Shown piece after piece: positions 39,907 through 50,912 of a DNA stretch of 64,000 nucleotides. This stretch comes from Myxococcota bacterium (GTDB taxonomy: Bacteria; Myxococcota; SpSt-1050), in assembly GCA_049969675.1 (NCBI GenBank), contig JBMFOP010000001.1, forward strand, positions 32,001-96,000, read 5' to 3'. Position 1 is the stretch's first letter; every line of letters begins with the position of its first letter. Made by a program: the position numbers and the translations under genes. The notes beneath the pieces are model-generated. The model searched no databases. It saw nothing but the letters and a program-made list of their open reading frames with translations, and was not told where the DNA came from.

Positions 39907-40961
39907 ATAAATTCATTCCCAGAACATTATTTGGTTATATCTTTCAGAGGGCTGCAATCTCATTTTTTCTATTCCTGATGATTATCTCCACAATACTCTT
40001 GCTGGTCTCTTTTATACAATATGCGGACATCTTCCTTATTGCCAATATCTCATCCGGAGATATCCTTAAGATAATACTCCTGATGTTCCCTCTCTCATTT
40101 GAGTTTGCCATCCCTCTTTCAGTAGTTGCTTCTTTGATGTATGTTTTTTATGTAATGGAGGTAAAGAATGAGGTCCTTGCCATTGAACTGACAGGGTTCA
40201 ATAGATATATTTTTGCATATCCCGTCCTCTTATTTGCAACTCTAATATTTTTAGTAAATTTGATTTTTTCACTTCTTCTTTTTCCTCTATCTATATCCAG
40301 AATTAAGGCACAGGCTATGAACTATACAGGGAGCAATATCAAAAATGCGCTTATAGATGGAAGGATAAATGATGATATACCTGATACAGTTATATATTTC
40401 AAATCCAGAGATGAGAATGATAGATATAAGAATCTCTATGTCTTTCAGAGAGGGGAGAGCGGTGAACATCTGCTGATTTATTCAAAAGAGGCAAGATTTG
40501 ATTTTGCTAAAGAGGATCTATCAATTGGGATAAATATGAATAATGGAAAAATTATTGCCCCGGATGGCAATTCTATCAGGAATATCATCTTTGAGGAAGG
40601 GAGATTGAGTATAGATGTGGCAGATATAATAGAAAAGAAGGTTAAAAATATAAGAGGATTTTATGGGAACAATACCCCAAAGGAGAAGAGTATAGTTCTA
40701 TATGATGGGATTTATCTATCTCTGGTAAATCTCTGGATATGCTTGATTGGAGTAATAATATTCATCGGTAGATTAGATATAAATCATTTTATTAGATACA
40801 TATTGTTTTTCCTCTTTACTGGTTTATATTATATTGGATTCAGAGGGTATCATTCAGCATTTGAGAGCGGATTTATGAGGGTCTCGGAGGCATTCTTCTC
40901 TATACTATTTTTGATGTCTCTATTTCTGATATTGATAAAGAGGATGTTTGTGCTCAGATGA
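39903..40961 (+). CDS. lptF: LPS export permease LptF-like
   Basis: Three TM, periplasmic beta domain, three TM; NE..A...G motif; paired with the next gene. Confidence 0.75.
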   Translation: MNKFIPRTLFGYIFQRAAISFFLFLMIISTILLLVSFIQYADIFLIANISSGDILKIILLMFPLSFEFAIPLSVVASLMYVFYVMEVKNEVLAIELTGFNRYIFAYPVLLFATLIFLVNLIFSLLLFPLSISRIKAQAMNYTGSNIKNALIDGRINDDIPDTVIYFKSRDENDRYKNLYVFQRGESGEHLLIYSKEARFDFAKEDLSIGINMNNGKIIAPDGNSIRNIIFEEGRLSIDVADIIEKKVKNIRGFYGNNTPKEKSIVLYDGIYLSLVNLWICLIGVIIFIGRLDINHFIRYILFFLFTGLYYIGFRGYHSAFESGFMRVSEAFFSILFLMSLFLILIKRMFVLR

Positions 40962-42079
40962 TTATTCTATTTAGGTACATCAATCGAAGATTCTTTCTGA
41001 TTCTTATAATGGTACTCATAGCAGTAATGCTACTCTCATTTCTGATTGATACTATTGAGAGTTCAAAGACCATATCTCAGGAAGATGTAAAGGCATCATC
41101 AGTAATCCTTCTACTCTTTAACAAATTCATTGTTCTCTCCATTCAGACATTTCCGCTTTCTGTGTATATCTCATTATTACTTGTTCTCTACAGCCTTCAT
41201 ATAAAAAATGAATATCTATCTCTTATGACCTCTGCAATCAGACCTGAGAGGCTCATCCTCCTTTTTTCTCCAGCCATATTGGTATGCGGGATTATCTATT
41301 ATATTTTAGCAGATTCAATTCTGCCAGAGGCATCAAAAGAGGTTGATAGACTCCTCATCTTTGATTTTAAGAGATTTACAGCAAGCTGGACATATTTTTA
41401 TAGAGATAGAAACTGGTTTTTAGGGAGAGATGGAGTTATATATCATTATAATGAGATAGATGAGAATAGCAGGAGTATGAAGGATTTTTCTCTCTATAAA
41501 TTGAGTGAGGATGGTGTTGAAAAAGTACTCTTTGCAAAAAGATTACAACATCAGGGTGGAAAGAAATATCTATCTGAAGGGGTGAGAGAGTTTATATTTG
41601 GAGAAGATGGCAAGACAGGTTATGATGCGGGTATCTCAAAGAGCATTACCCTTGCAGATGATTACGACATCTTCCGTCAGAGGAGGGGCAGACCTTTTCA
41701 GATGAGCCTACCCGAACTCATAAATTTGATTGAGATTAGAGAACGGGTGGGGATGGATACCTCCCGCTATAGGTATGAGATGTATAACAGAATATTTTAT
41801 CCACTATCATTTGTATCGCTCTGTCTCTTTATATTGTTTCTATTTATAAAAAGACTTTATCTGATGAGTTCACGATATATTATCTTTTACGGTATGGTAG
41901 TATTACTATTGTTCTTTTTACTTCAGACATTTGCCGGTAAATTATCTGAGGCATCCATAAATAAACCATTTTTTGTAGCCTCCATCCCCTTCGCCAGTCT
42001 TTTCTTAATGATAATAATTATTCTGATAGTTGATGGATTTAATAGAGCAAATAGGCCTCAAAAAGAGGCATCTTTGTAG
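40958..42079 (+). CDS. lptG: LPS export permease LptG-like
   Basis: ILFRYI start, NEY.SL motif, P.QMSL.EL, R.FYP. Confidence 0.78.
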   Translation: MIILFRYINRRFFLILIMVLIAVMLLSFLIDTIESSKTISQEDVKASSVILLLFNKFIVLSIQTFPLSVYISLLLVLYSLHIKNEYLSLMTSAIRPERLILLFSPAILVCGIIYYILADSILPEASKEVDRLLIFDFKRFTASWTYFYRDRNWFLGRDGVIYHYNEIDENSRSMKDFSLYKLSEDGVEKVLFAKRLQHQGGKKYLSEGVREFIFGEDGKTGYDAGISKSITLADDYDIFRQRRGRPFQMSLPELINLIEIRERVGMDTSRYRYEMYNRIFYPLSFVSLCLFILFLFIKRLYLMSSRYIIFYGMVVLLLFFLLQTFAGKLSEASINKPFFVASIPFASLFLMIIIILIVDGFNRANRPQKEASL

Positions 42080-43041
42080 TTGAGGCATCTAATCTGATGG
42101 CTCTCTCCTTCCGTGAGAAGCTCAGGGAATCTTTCCCTGCATATATCTGTAGCCCTGTTGCACCTCGGATTAAATGGACATCCGGCTGGCATATCCCTTA
42201 TAGATGGGACGAACCCTTTTATCTCCATAAGCCTTCTCTGATGACCCTTCCTTCTCTCTTCAAACAGTCTTTTTAATGCGAGTGTATAAGGGTGCATAGG
42301 ATTATTAAGTATCTCCGAAGCGCTACCGGCCTCCATAATAGTACCTCCATACATAACTATGATTCTGTCCGCAATCTTCTCTACTATATTCATATCGTGT
42401 GAGATGAAGATGAGCGATATCCCTTTTCTTTGTTTCATATGCTTTATGAGTGATAATATTCCGCTGGCAATGGTTACATCCAGAGCAGTTGTAGGTTCAT
42501 CTGCGATTACCACAGAAGGTTGGGGGAGGAATGCCATGGCAATGAGTGCCCGCTGTCTCATTCCACCTGAGAGTTGATGCGGATATGAATTATATACTCT
42601 CTCTGCATCCCTTATACCTACATCTTTGAGCGATGTCAGAATCCTCTTCTTCTGTTCCGCCTTGTCAATATCTGGCAGGACCTCACTCAGCTGGTTACCT
42701 ATTGAAAAGAGGGGGTTTAAGGCGGTCATAGGCTCTTGAAATATCATCGTGATTTTCTTTCCTCTCATGAGTGAAGGGTCTTTTATTGTGACATTATCAT
42801 CTGAATACTCAATATCTCCACGAAATAGCAGATTCTGTGGCAATAATCCCATAATTGAATATCCGGTCATTGATTTGCCTGAACCCGATTCTCCGATTAT
42901 ACAGAGTGTCTCATTTTTATATACCCCGAATGATATATCCCTCAAAATGTGGTATCCGTCCAGAGTTTTAAGATATTCAATATTCACTTTCAGGATGCTA
43001 TTTGATGACATTCTTAAATGCTCCGAATCTGGATATATCAA
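42058..43041 (-). CDS. Oligopeptide/dipeptide ABC transporter ATP-binding subunit (OppD/DppD type)
   Basis: GESGSGKS, FQEP, YPHQLSGGMRQR, ADEPTTALD, HPYT, GCPFNPRC; true start may be 43011. Confidence 0.93.
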   Translation of the reverse strand: MIYPDSEHLRMSSNSILKVNIEYLKTLDGYHILRDISFGVYKNETLCIIGESGSGKSMTGYSIMGLLPQNLLFRGDIEYSDDNVTIKDPSLMRGKKITMIFQEPMTALNPLFSIGNQLSEVLPDIDKAEQKKRILTSLKDVGIRDAERVYNSYPHQLSGGMRQRALIAMAFLPQPSVVIADEPTTALDVTIASGILSLIKHMKQRKGISLIFISHDMNIVEKIADRIIVMYGGTIMEAGSASEILNNPMHPYTLALKRLFEERRKGHQRRLMEIKGFVPSIRDMPAGCPFNPRCNRATDICRERFPELLTEGESHQIRCLNYKDASF

Positions 43042-43708
43042 ATGTTTTATTATCTACCTCCTCAAAAGATATTTTTATTATTTTTATATCTGTCTTCATA
43101 TTCCTCTTTTCATCCTGAATCTGAATTCTATGGTATATCCGTTTGCCCTGTAGGGTAGAGAAGTCTTGATATATGGCACTGATCTTCCCTCCATTTGAAT
43201 ATAAAATCTCTGCCTTTTTGACTGAACAATACTCGGGTTCAATGAAAAAAGTAATCTTATCTTCATTATTCTCTGTATATACAAATTTATTATTGTCTTT
43301 TTCTGTGAGCCTCTTCTCATCAACCGATAGAGTTAGGAGCTCGTTAAGAACTGAAAATGGTATAGAAATATTGAAGACTCTACCAATCTCCTCTTCGTTT
43401 GCAAATGTATAAAGGATTTGCTGCTGGTAATCTATTACATATAATTTTCTCTCTTTTAGAAGGATGGTTGTGATTATATCGTCAAAGACCCCCATTACAT
43501 CTACTCTAACCATACCATCTTTAATAAATATATTTTGTATTGTGGTAAACCTCTCTTTTCCAATTTCAATCCCTGTCTTTGCCCTTATTTTCAGATTGCT
43601 AAAATGAATTGGTCTATCACATCCTGATCTGATTTGTATATTCTCCGGTCTATGTATGCAGCCTGATGAGAGAATTATTGTTAGAACAACAATTATTTGC
43701 CTCTTCAT
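42998..43708 (-). CDS. Lipoprotein, possible LolB/DUF4292-like
   Basis: Lipobox SSGC; beta-rich sequence. Confidence 0.55.
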   Translation of the reverse strand: MKRQIIVVLTIILSSGCIHRPENIQIRSGCDRPIHFSNLKIRAKTGIEIGKERFTTIQNIFIKDGMVRVDVMGVFDDIITTILLKERKLYVIDYQQQILYTFANEEEIGRVFNISIPFSVLNELLTLSVDEKRLTEKDNNKFVYTENNEDKITFFIEPEYCSVKKAEILYSNGGKISAIYQDFSTLQGKRIYHRIQIQDEKRNMKTDIKIIKISFEEVDNKTFDISRFGAFKNVIK

Positions 43709-43859
43709 AAGGGTTCTTCTTTAGCACAAAAAAATTAATAAAAATACTTTAAATTTAACAAAAACTGGTATATAAGGGCTTCCTTTGATTGAGCTGGCAA
43801 GATTTGAAGTTTACTTCCAGCCAAAAATATTTGTCTTTTGGAAAGAAGGAGATATTAAG

Positions 43860-44468
43860 ATGATAGTCCAAATCAATCCGATTAACCCTCAGAAGCACCT
43901 GATTGAGAAGGCTGTAGAGATTCTGAAGAATAAAGGTGTAATAGCCTACCCGACTGATACTGTCTATGGGATAGGGTGTGATATCTTTGAAAAAGAGGCG
44001 GTTGAAAGGATATATCAGATTAAGTCCAAAGATAGGAAGAAACCGCTCTCATTTATCTGCGAAGACCTCAAACATATCAGCCAGTTTGCTATAGTTTCGG
44101 ATAATGCATATAGATTGATGAAGAGACTGATCCCCGGTCCATATACATTTATCCTTGAAGCCACAAAACTTGTCCCCAAGGTAATGCTGACGAAGAGGAA
44201 TACAGTTGGGATAAGGGTCCCGGACAATAAGATATGCCTTGAGATAGTCAGGACATTGGGTCATCCAATAGTTACCACGAGTGCAAATGTCTCCAGTGAG
44301 GAGGTCATTTCAGATCCGGCAGAGATTCATAAGAAGTTTGGTAAGGTATTGGACCTCGTAATTGATGGTGGTGTCCTTTCACAGGAGCCTTCCTCCATTA
44401 TTGACCTTACCGGTAAAGAACCGGTAGTGGTTCGTGAGGGGAAGGGGGATCTCTCTCTTTTCAAGTAA
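43860..44468 (+). CDS. tsaC: Sua5/YciO/TsaC-family threonylcarbamoyl-AMP synthase
   Basis: YPTDTVYG, PGPYT, GIRVP, TSAN; start moved to ATG 43860 after AGGAG. Confidence 0.9.
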   Translation: MIVQINPINPQKHLIEKAVEILKNKGVIAYPTDTVYGIGCDIFEKEAVERIYQIKSKDRKKPLSFICEDLKHISQFAIVSDNAYRLMKRLIPGPYTFILEATKLVPKVMLTKRNTVGIRVPDNKICLEIVRTLGHPIVTTSANVSSEEVISDPAEIHKKFGKVLDLVIDGGVLSQEPSSIIDLTGKEPVVVREGKGDLSLFK

Positions 44469-44495
44469 TCTTTCAAATCTTTCTGAGGATAGTCT

Positions 44496-45803
44496 ATGAT
44501 TAAACCCGATGTATATATCAAAGACCTTGAGAGATATATTGATAAAGAGGTTACATTGTGTGGATGGGTCTACAATATCAGGTCTTCAGGTAAGGTAAGA
44601 TTTATCCTTGTTAGAGATGGCACAGGTTTTATTCAGTGTGTGGTAACTCCAAAAGGGGTCTCTCAGGAGAAGTTTGAACGGTCTGATAGAATTCCTCAGG
44701 AGAGCTCAATAATCGTCAGAGGGAAGGTCAGGAAGGAGGCACGGGCACCTTATTGTGGTTATGAGATTGAACTGTCAGACTATGAGGTAGTCTCAACAGT
44801 CACTCAGGAATATCCGATAGCATTAAAAGAGCACGGAGTCGATTTTCTGATGAATCATAGACACCTCTGGATTCGTTCATATCAACAGAGTATGATTCTC
44901 AGAATAAGGGCAACAATTATAAAGGCTATCAGGGACTACTTTGATTCCAATGGATTTACTCTGGTAGATGCCCCCATCTTTACACCAAATGCCTGTGAAG
45001 GGACATCCACGCTCTTTGAGACCAATTACTTTGGAACAAAGGCGTATCTAACTCAATCAGGGCAGCTCTATATGGAGGCGGCTGCCATGGCTTTGGGGAA
45101 GGTCTACTGCTTTGGCCCAACATTTAGAGCTGAGAAGAGCAAGACAAGAAGGCATCTAACCGAATTCTGGATGGTAGAACCTGAGATGGCATACTTTGAC
45201 CTTGAGGACGATATGGAAGTGGCTGAGGGGCTCGTATCGTATATTATAGAGACAGTCCTTTCAAAACATGAAAAGGAGCTCATTGCCCTTGAAAGAGATG
45301 TTGATTCCCTGAGGAATGCGGCAAAAAAGCCCTTTTATAGGATAAGATATATGGAGGCATTGGAGGTAATTAAAAAGGGTGGGCTGGAGATAAAATATGG
45401 GGATGATTTTGGTGGTGATGAAGAGACAGTTCTCACAAAACAGTTTGATAAACCGGTATTTGTTACTCATTACCCGATTGAGATCAAGGCTTTTTATATG
45501 AAGAGGGACCCGAAGGATCAGACGCTCGCTCTAAATATGGATCTCCTTGCCCCAGAGGGATATGGAGAGATTATCGGTGGAGGGCAGAGGGAAGACAATC
45601 TGGATATATTACTTGATTCAATTAAGAAGAACAACCTCCCTCAGAATGTATTTGAGTGGTATCTGGATATAAGGAGATATGGCTCTGTGCCACACTCGGG
45701 ATTTGGGCTTGGGGTTGAGAGGACAGTCGCATATATTTGTGGCCTGCACCATGTGAGAGAGACTATCCCATTTCCGAGATTGATGGACCGCCTCAGTCCG
45801 TAA
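44496..45803 (+). CDS. asnS: Asparagine--tRNA ligase
   Basis: [36 protein letters not shown]. Confidence 0.97.
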   Translation: MIKPDVYIKDLERYIDKEVTLCGWVYNIRSSGKVRFILVRDGTGFIQCVVTPKGVSQEKFERSDRIPQESSIIVRGKVRKEARAPYCGYEIELSDYEVVSTVTQEYPIALKEHGVDFLMNHRHLWIRSYQQSMILRIRATIIKAIRDYFDSNGFTLVDAPIFTPNACEGTSTLFETNYFGTKAYLTQSGQLYMEAAAMALGKVYCFGPTFRAEKSKTRRHLTEFWMVEPEMAYFDLEDDMEVAEGLVSYIIETVLSKHEKELIALERDVDSLRNAAKKPFYRIRYMEALEVIKKGGLEIKYGDDFGGDEETVLTKQFDKPVFVTHYPIEIKAFYMKRDPKDQTLALNMDLLAPEGYGEIIGGGQREDNLDILLDSIKKNNLPQNVFEWYLDIRRYGSVPHSGFGLGVERTVAYICGLHHVRETIPFPRLMDRLSP

Positions 45804-45834
45804 ATATAAATATTTTTTATTTTTTTACTTTTAC

Positions 45835-46595
45835 TCACTGCTGTCCAGAATAATCTGTTTAACAAGTTTACTATTTGTAAAATAAGGTATTTTGTACAGG
45901 TAAATCCATATTTTCGAATCGGATTTCACCCTTTTCTTCCATACACTATCTAATAAAATGCTGTCCAACTTAAATAACCCTAATGTTAGTTGCTCTACAT
46001 CAGACACAACAGGACTGTCTGCCGTCGCACAGACAGGTAAAGTCTCATAATGTTTATTTGTTCATTCACATAAATTTTTGTATAGTAATTCTTATTTGAA
46101 AGCCCGACAAAGTTAAAATCAAGCCAATAATCACTTTTTTATATGTCCATTTGAATGACTTTGCTTTGTGTTCATCGTTGTATTTAATGACCTTCCCCAT
46201 ATTTTCAATGAATATCTCTTCATTCAACTCAATTCTCTTGCCTTTCTGCTTATAGAAATTTTCTACTTTCTATAATAAATATTTTTTCATTAAAGCAGCA
46301 TATGGTCTTAAACACTTTTTTCACTATAATATTTTTAACACGCCCCGGTGGTGACTTTTTTCTAATGGAGTAAATAGATAATCCATAAACATTGCTACAA
46401 ATTGCTCCCAACAATTAAATCTATTTGCCCCATTATCAACCCTTGTCTCTCTTACCGCCTTATAAAACATATTTATAATCAATATTTGTAGAATTTATTA
46501 AAAATTAAATCAATTCATATTCATATAAATCCTTAACTCTTCAAAATTCAATATCTAAAAGGTCTAAAGTTAAAATTTATTCTGGACAGATATGT
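45835..46595 (-). mobile_element. IS4-family-like relic, copy B (about 760 bp, inverted), with decayed transposase N-terminus
   Basis: Ends TCACTGCTGTCCAGAATAAT and TTATTCTGGACAG; both flanks align to copy A; minus strand reads ILQILIINMFYKAVRETRVDNGANRFNCWEQFVAMF, like the DUF4372 N-terminus of IS4 transposases. Confidence 0.8.
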
Positions 46596-46650
46596 ACATA
46601 ACTTAAATTTTGTTTTACATCGCGCAAATTTTAATATAGTATATGTGGTT

Positions 46651-48282
46651 ATGAACCGATTATTTAAATTTTTATTTACCAGTTTAGTCTTATCAGCAAT
46701 TTCCTGTTCGGTTGATTACTCCCTGCTAAATAATAGACAATGCGACAGTGAAGGTAGATGTGTCGCTGGATATGTATGTGATAGAGCGACTATGACCTGT
46801 GTCAGAGAAGGCTCTATGCCCGGAAATGATGCTGGGACCCTGCCCGATATCATAAGAGATGAAATCTCAATTTTGGATACAGAAATGCCAGATTCAGAAG
46901 AAGATGCTGGCTGCAGACCTACCAACAATGGGATAGAGATATGCGATGGGATAGACAACAACTGTGATGGCAGAACGGATGAGAACTATGTATGCGGAAG
47001 CTGTACCTTAACTAATTCCATTACAGAGCAATGCAATGAATCTACAAAGTGCGATAAATGCTTTATAGTGAATGGTGAAAAATATAGATGTGTCTCTGTG
47101 GACGGTTTAGATTTTAACTGGCGTAAAGAATCTGAATTGATTTGCGATTCTTCAAAATCTATAAAGGCAATAAAATGTGAAAACATCTGTCAATTGTGTG
47201 ATGGAAATAAATTTTCTGACCCATTTATCATTCAGAATGAATCCTGCGATGGAAAAGACAACAATTGCGATGGAAAAATAGATGAGGGAGATATATGTCC
47301 CACCAATAATATATGTGTAGGTGGAAAGTGTATAGAAAGACCATGTCAGAAGAAGGAGGATTGCCCCCCGGAGAAAGTCTGTAAAGAGAATAAATGTCAA
47401 TCCTGCACAGAAGTCGTGGATGATTCGCTGTGCGGTTCAGGTAAGATATGTATCAATGGTGCCTGCATAGATGGCGATTGCCATCAGAATACTGATTGTT
47501 CTGGTGGTATCTGTGTATCCAATAAATGTTGTACAGGGTGTTGTGCAAAAAAGGATGATTGTCCAGCAGAACTTGTTTGCAAAAAGGGACTAAATGAACA
47601 AATCGGAAATTGTGAGAGTTGCACTGATATAATAGATGACCTGTTATGTGGTTTTGGTTATATCTGTGAAGGCAATAAATGTATAAAAGGTGAGTGTCAT
47701 CCTAATATTGGATGTCTCCTTGGGAAGATATGTGTCAACTATAACTGCTGCAATCCCGGACCGACCTGCTGTAATAAGGATGGTGACTGTAAATCAAATA
47801 TGACCTGCACCCAGAATCATACCTGTGATTGTAAGCCACTCTTTGGAGATTGCAACAATAAATATGATGATGGCTGCGAAAAAGACCTTTGAAGTGATAT
47901 CAACAATTGTGGAGTATGTAATCAAAAATGTGTCTTTCCCAATGCAGACCCCGAGTGTGTAAACGGTAGATGTCTGATTAAGAATTGCAAACCAAATTTT
48001 AAGGACTGCAATCAAAAACCAGAGGACGGTTGTGAAATAGACATTTCAAAGGATATACTTAATTGTGGTGATTGTAATTCACCCTGTTCAGCGGATAATG
48101 CAACGGTAAAATGTGAGCAGTCAAAATGTGTAATATCTGCCTGTAATCTCGGATTTGCAGATTGCGATGGGAATTATAATAATGGTTGCGAAATAAATAC
48201 AAATACTGATAGTAAAAACTGCGGAGACTGCGGAAATAAATGTAAACCAAATGAAATCTGCAAAAATGGCCAATGTAACTGA
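46651..48282 (+). pseudogene. Cys-rich repeat lipoprotein interrupted by an in-frame TGA at 47890-47892
   Basis: Lipobox-like AISC; E.CDG.DNNCDG..DE repeats; after TGA the same frame stays open for 129 codons of GCE....D..NCG.C repeats until TGA 48280-48282. Confidence 0.8.
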
Positions 48283-49138
48283 AGAAGAGATTTCCTCTCC
48301 ATTTAATTTCTCATATCCCATATCTCTTCCATCTCTAAAAATCTCTCTATCAGATTTAGGTCAGATAAACCCAATATTGATAGCAGATACAGAGAGTGAA
48401 GTCTTCATTATTGATGGTTTTAGAAGGTATAATATATTAAAACAGCTCGGGGCAGATCCCATATTTTTCAAAGTAAGACCCTTACATATAGAGAATGCCC
48501 TTAATGTATATTTAGCAATCAATCTCGAATCCCGTCGTTTTAATATTATTGAAAAGATTAGAATATGTAGATTTGTCATTTCAAATAAGATTAATATATC
48601 TGAACAGACTCTTCAAAAGGCTGGACTTGGAGATATTTATAAGAATAGTGGTCTTTATGAATTTATTGAGAATCTCAATGACAATCTAAAAGATATCATT
48701 GTGGAGAAGCGGCTTACAACCTCATTGATAGAAAGGCTTTTAAAAATTGGCTATACAAATTCAGAGAAGATACTCCTTTATGCAAGAGATAAATCTCTAA
48801 CTCATCAACAGACAAGGGAGGTTATAACTGATTTATATCTACTTACAATGAAAGGTGTAGATATTGGTCAAATTATTAACGCACTCACAGAAATTTCATT
48901 TGAAGAACTAAAAAGGAAAATAAGGGGAATCAAAAATCCATTGCTTCAAAAAATGGAAGATGAATTTAAGGATTTTATAAAAGACATTAAGAATCTGTCA
49001 ATTCATCCACCAGAAAATTTTGAAGGGAATAATTACATATTGGAGGGTAGATTCAGAGATGAGAATGACCTTGAACAGATCTTAAAGGAGATATCAGAGA
49101 TTAAAGAGAGATGGAAGAGGAATCCAATATTAAAATAG
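48266..49138 (+). CDS. ParB/Srx-like N-terminal domain protein
   Basis: SL...GQINPI, IIDGFRR, N..SR.FN..EK. Confidence 0.8.
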   Translation: MANVTEEEISSPFNFSYPISLPSLKISLSDLGQINPILIADTESEVFIIDGFRRYNILKQLGADPIFFKVRPLHIENALNVYLAINLESRRFNIIEKIRICRFVISNKINISEQTLQKAGLGDIYKNSGLYEFIENLNDNLKDIIVEKRLTTSLIERLLKIGYTNSEKILLYARDKSLTHQQTREVITDLYLLTMKGVDIGQIINALTEISFEELKRKIRGIKNPLLQKMEDEFKDFIKDIKNLSIHPPENFEGNNYILEGRFRDENDLEQILKEISEIKERWKRNPILK

Positions 49139-50166
49139 TCATTGATAGTCAATCGCCACGGAATAACTTTGTCAAAGAGATAATAAGAAGGGCACATCTT
49201 AACAAAATTGAGATAGTAGAGAATTTAGATACCCAACCAAACCAGAGAGAGAAACTATTATATATATCGTCCCAGAGAGGTTTTATCCGTCCCTGTCCCT
49301 GTTCAAAGAGGTATAGATGTTGTAACTATTTTACCATTGATACTATAGAGGGTTGTATCTATGACTGTGAATATTGCATATTAAAATCATTTCTTAATAA
49401 TTCAAAGATACTCATCAAGGCAGATATAGGAGAGTTGATATCAGAATTAAAAGAATTTACGAGTAGAATTTCGGGTGGTGGATTGACTATAAGAATCGGG
49501 ACCGGCGAGCTAAGCGATTCACTTGCACTTGAAAATATAGCACCATTTGCACCCATATTGATTGAGGAGACAAAAGAAAATAATAATCTAATTCTTGAAT
49601 TTAAGACAAAGAGCAGTAATGTCTCTGAAATCTTAAATCTACCACACAATCCGTTAGCAACAATCTCATTTTCAATGACCACACCATATCTCCATCAAAA
49701 ACTTGAGACCGGAACACCATCCATAGAGAATAGAGTGGTATCTGCAAAGAGATGTGTGGAGCACTCATATAGAGTAGGCTTTCACTTTGACCCAATTATA
49801 TATTATCAAGAATTTGAAAAAGACTATGATGCCATTATAAAGATGATTTCACAGAACATCCCTCCGGAGGCGATAAGCTGGGTCTCTCTCGGGACAATTA
49901 GATTTAACCCCCTAATGTTTGACATATTTAACAATCCAATCCTTTTTGGAGAATATATAACTGACCTTGAGAAAAAGTCAAGATACCCATTTGTCTTAAG
50001 AAAAAAGATCTACAGAAGCATTACAAGTATGTTCAACCACTATTTTAATTCAAAGGTAAAATTATATCTATGTATGGAACTGGATATAATGAACAAAATT
50101 ATATTGGGGAGAACATTTGATTCAGATGAAGAACTAAATAGATATATCATCGGCAAGAATGAATAA
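49111..50166 (+). CDS. Spore photoproduct lyase (SplB)-family radical SAM protein
   Basis: GCIYDCEYC, RIGTGELSDSLA, EFKTKS, GFHFDPII, YLCME. Confidence 0.88.
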   Translation: MEEESNIKIVIDSQSPRNNFVKEIIRRAHLNKIEIVENLDTQPNQREKLLYISSQRGFIRPCPCSKRYRCCNYFTIDTIEGCIYDCEYCILKSFLNNSKILIKADIGELISELKEFTSRISGGGLTIRIGTGELSDSLALENIAPFAPILIEETKENNNLILEFKTKSSNVSEILNLPHNPLATISFSMTTPYLHQKLETGTPSIENRVVSAKRCVEHSYRVGFHFDPIIYYQEFEKDYDAIIKMISQNIPPEAISWVSLGTIRFNPLMFDIFNNPILFGEYITDLEKKSRYPFVLRKKIYRSITSMFNHYFNSKVKLYLCMELDIMNKIILGRTFDSDEELNRYIIGKNE

Positions 50167-50312
50167 TTAAAAAATTAGAACAATATCCACCTCATAATGA
50201 AATGTATTGATGTTATAACAGTGAACGGAGGCATCACCCGGAGTTTGATTGATTCGCCTAAAAAAGAAGTGAAGATTATGCACAGATTAAAGAATCAGAA
50301 ATCAGAGATGTA

Positions 50313-50912
50313 TCAGGTCTGACTCCCTGTATGCCAATCTAATAGAAATCTCTTTAGTTTTTCAAATGCCTGTCCGCGATGACTGATCCTATTTTTTATA
50401 TCAGGAGGCAATTCAGCCATCGTCTTTTTATATTCGGGTAGATAAAAGATCGGGTCAAAACCAAATCCATTGTTTCCTGAAGGCTCAGTGGATATAATTC
50501 CATTAACCGTTCCTTCAAACAGATAGTACTCTTCAGGGCTCACCATAAAACAGGCTACACAGACAAATCGTGCCCCTCTCTTTTCAATAGGGACACCGTC
50601 CAGCTCTTTTAGTAATTTTCTTATCCGCTCATCTGTAGTAGGGGCATATCTTGCGGAGTGGATGCCCGGTCTATTATTTAATATACTAACCTCAAGCCCA
50701 GAATCATCAGATATTACCATCTCTTTATATAATTCATAAATTACGCGGGCTTTAATTAGTGCATTTTCCAAATAGGTACTTCCATTCTCCTCTATCTCAG
50801 AATCAAAATTAATCTCTGATAGGTCTTCCACCTCAACAGGAAGTCCATGGAGAATATCCTTTATCTCTCCAGACTTACCTTTATTGCTTGTTGCCAAAAT
50901 TATCTTATTCAT
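50313..50912 (-). CDS. rdgB: Non-canonical purine NTP pyrophosphatase (RdgB/HAM1)
   Basis: ATSN.GK, DDSGL, PGIHSAR, GFGFDPIF, SHR. Confidence 0.97.
   Translation of the reverse strand: MNKIILATSNKGKSGEIKDILHGLPVEVEDLSEINFDSEIEENGSTYLENALIKARVIYELYKEMVISDDSGLEVSILNNRPGIHSARYAPTTDERIRKLLKELDGVPIEKRGARFVCVACFMVSPEEYYLFEGTVNGIISTEPSGNNGFGFDPIFYLPEYKKTMAELPPDIKNRISHRGQAFEKLKRFLLDWHTGSQT

Noticed and set aside
47890..47892. Selenocysteine or genome-wide TGA recoding
   Set aside because: Position is not a Cys site in the repeat, no clear SECIS, and TGA ends many normal genes in this window
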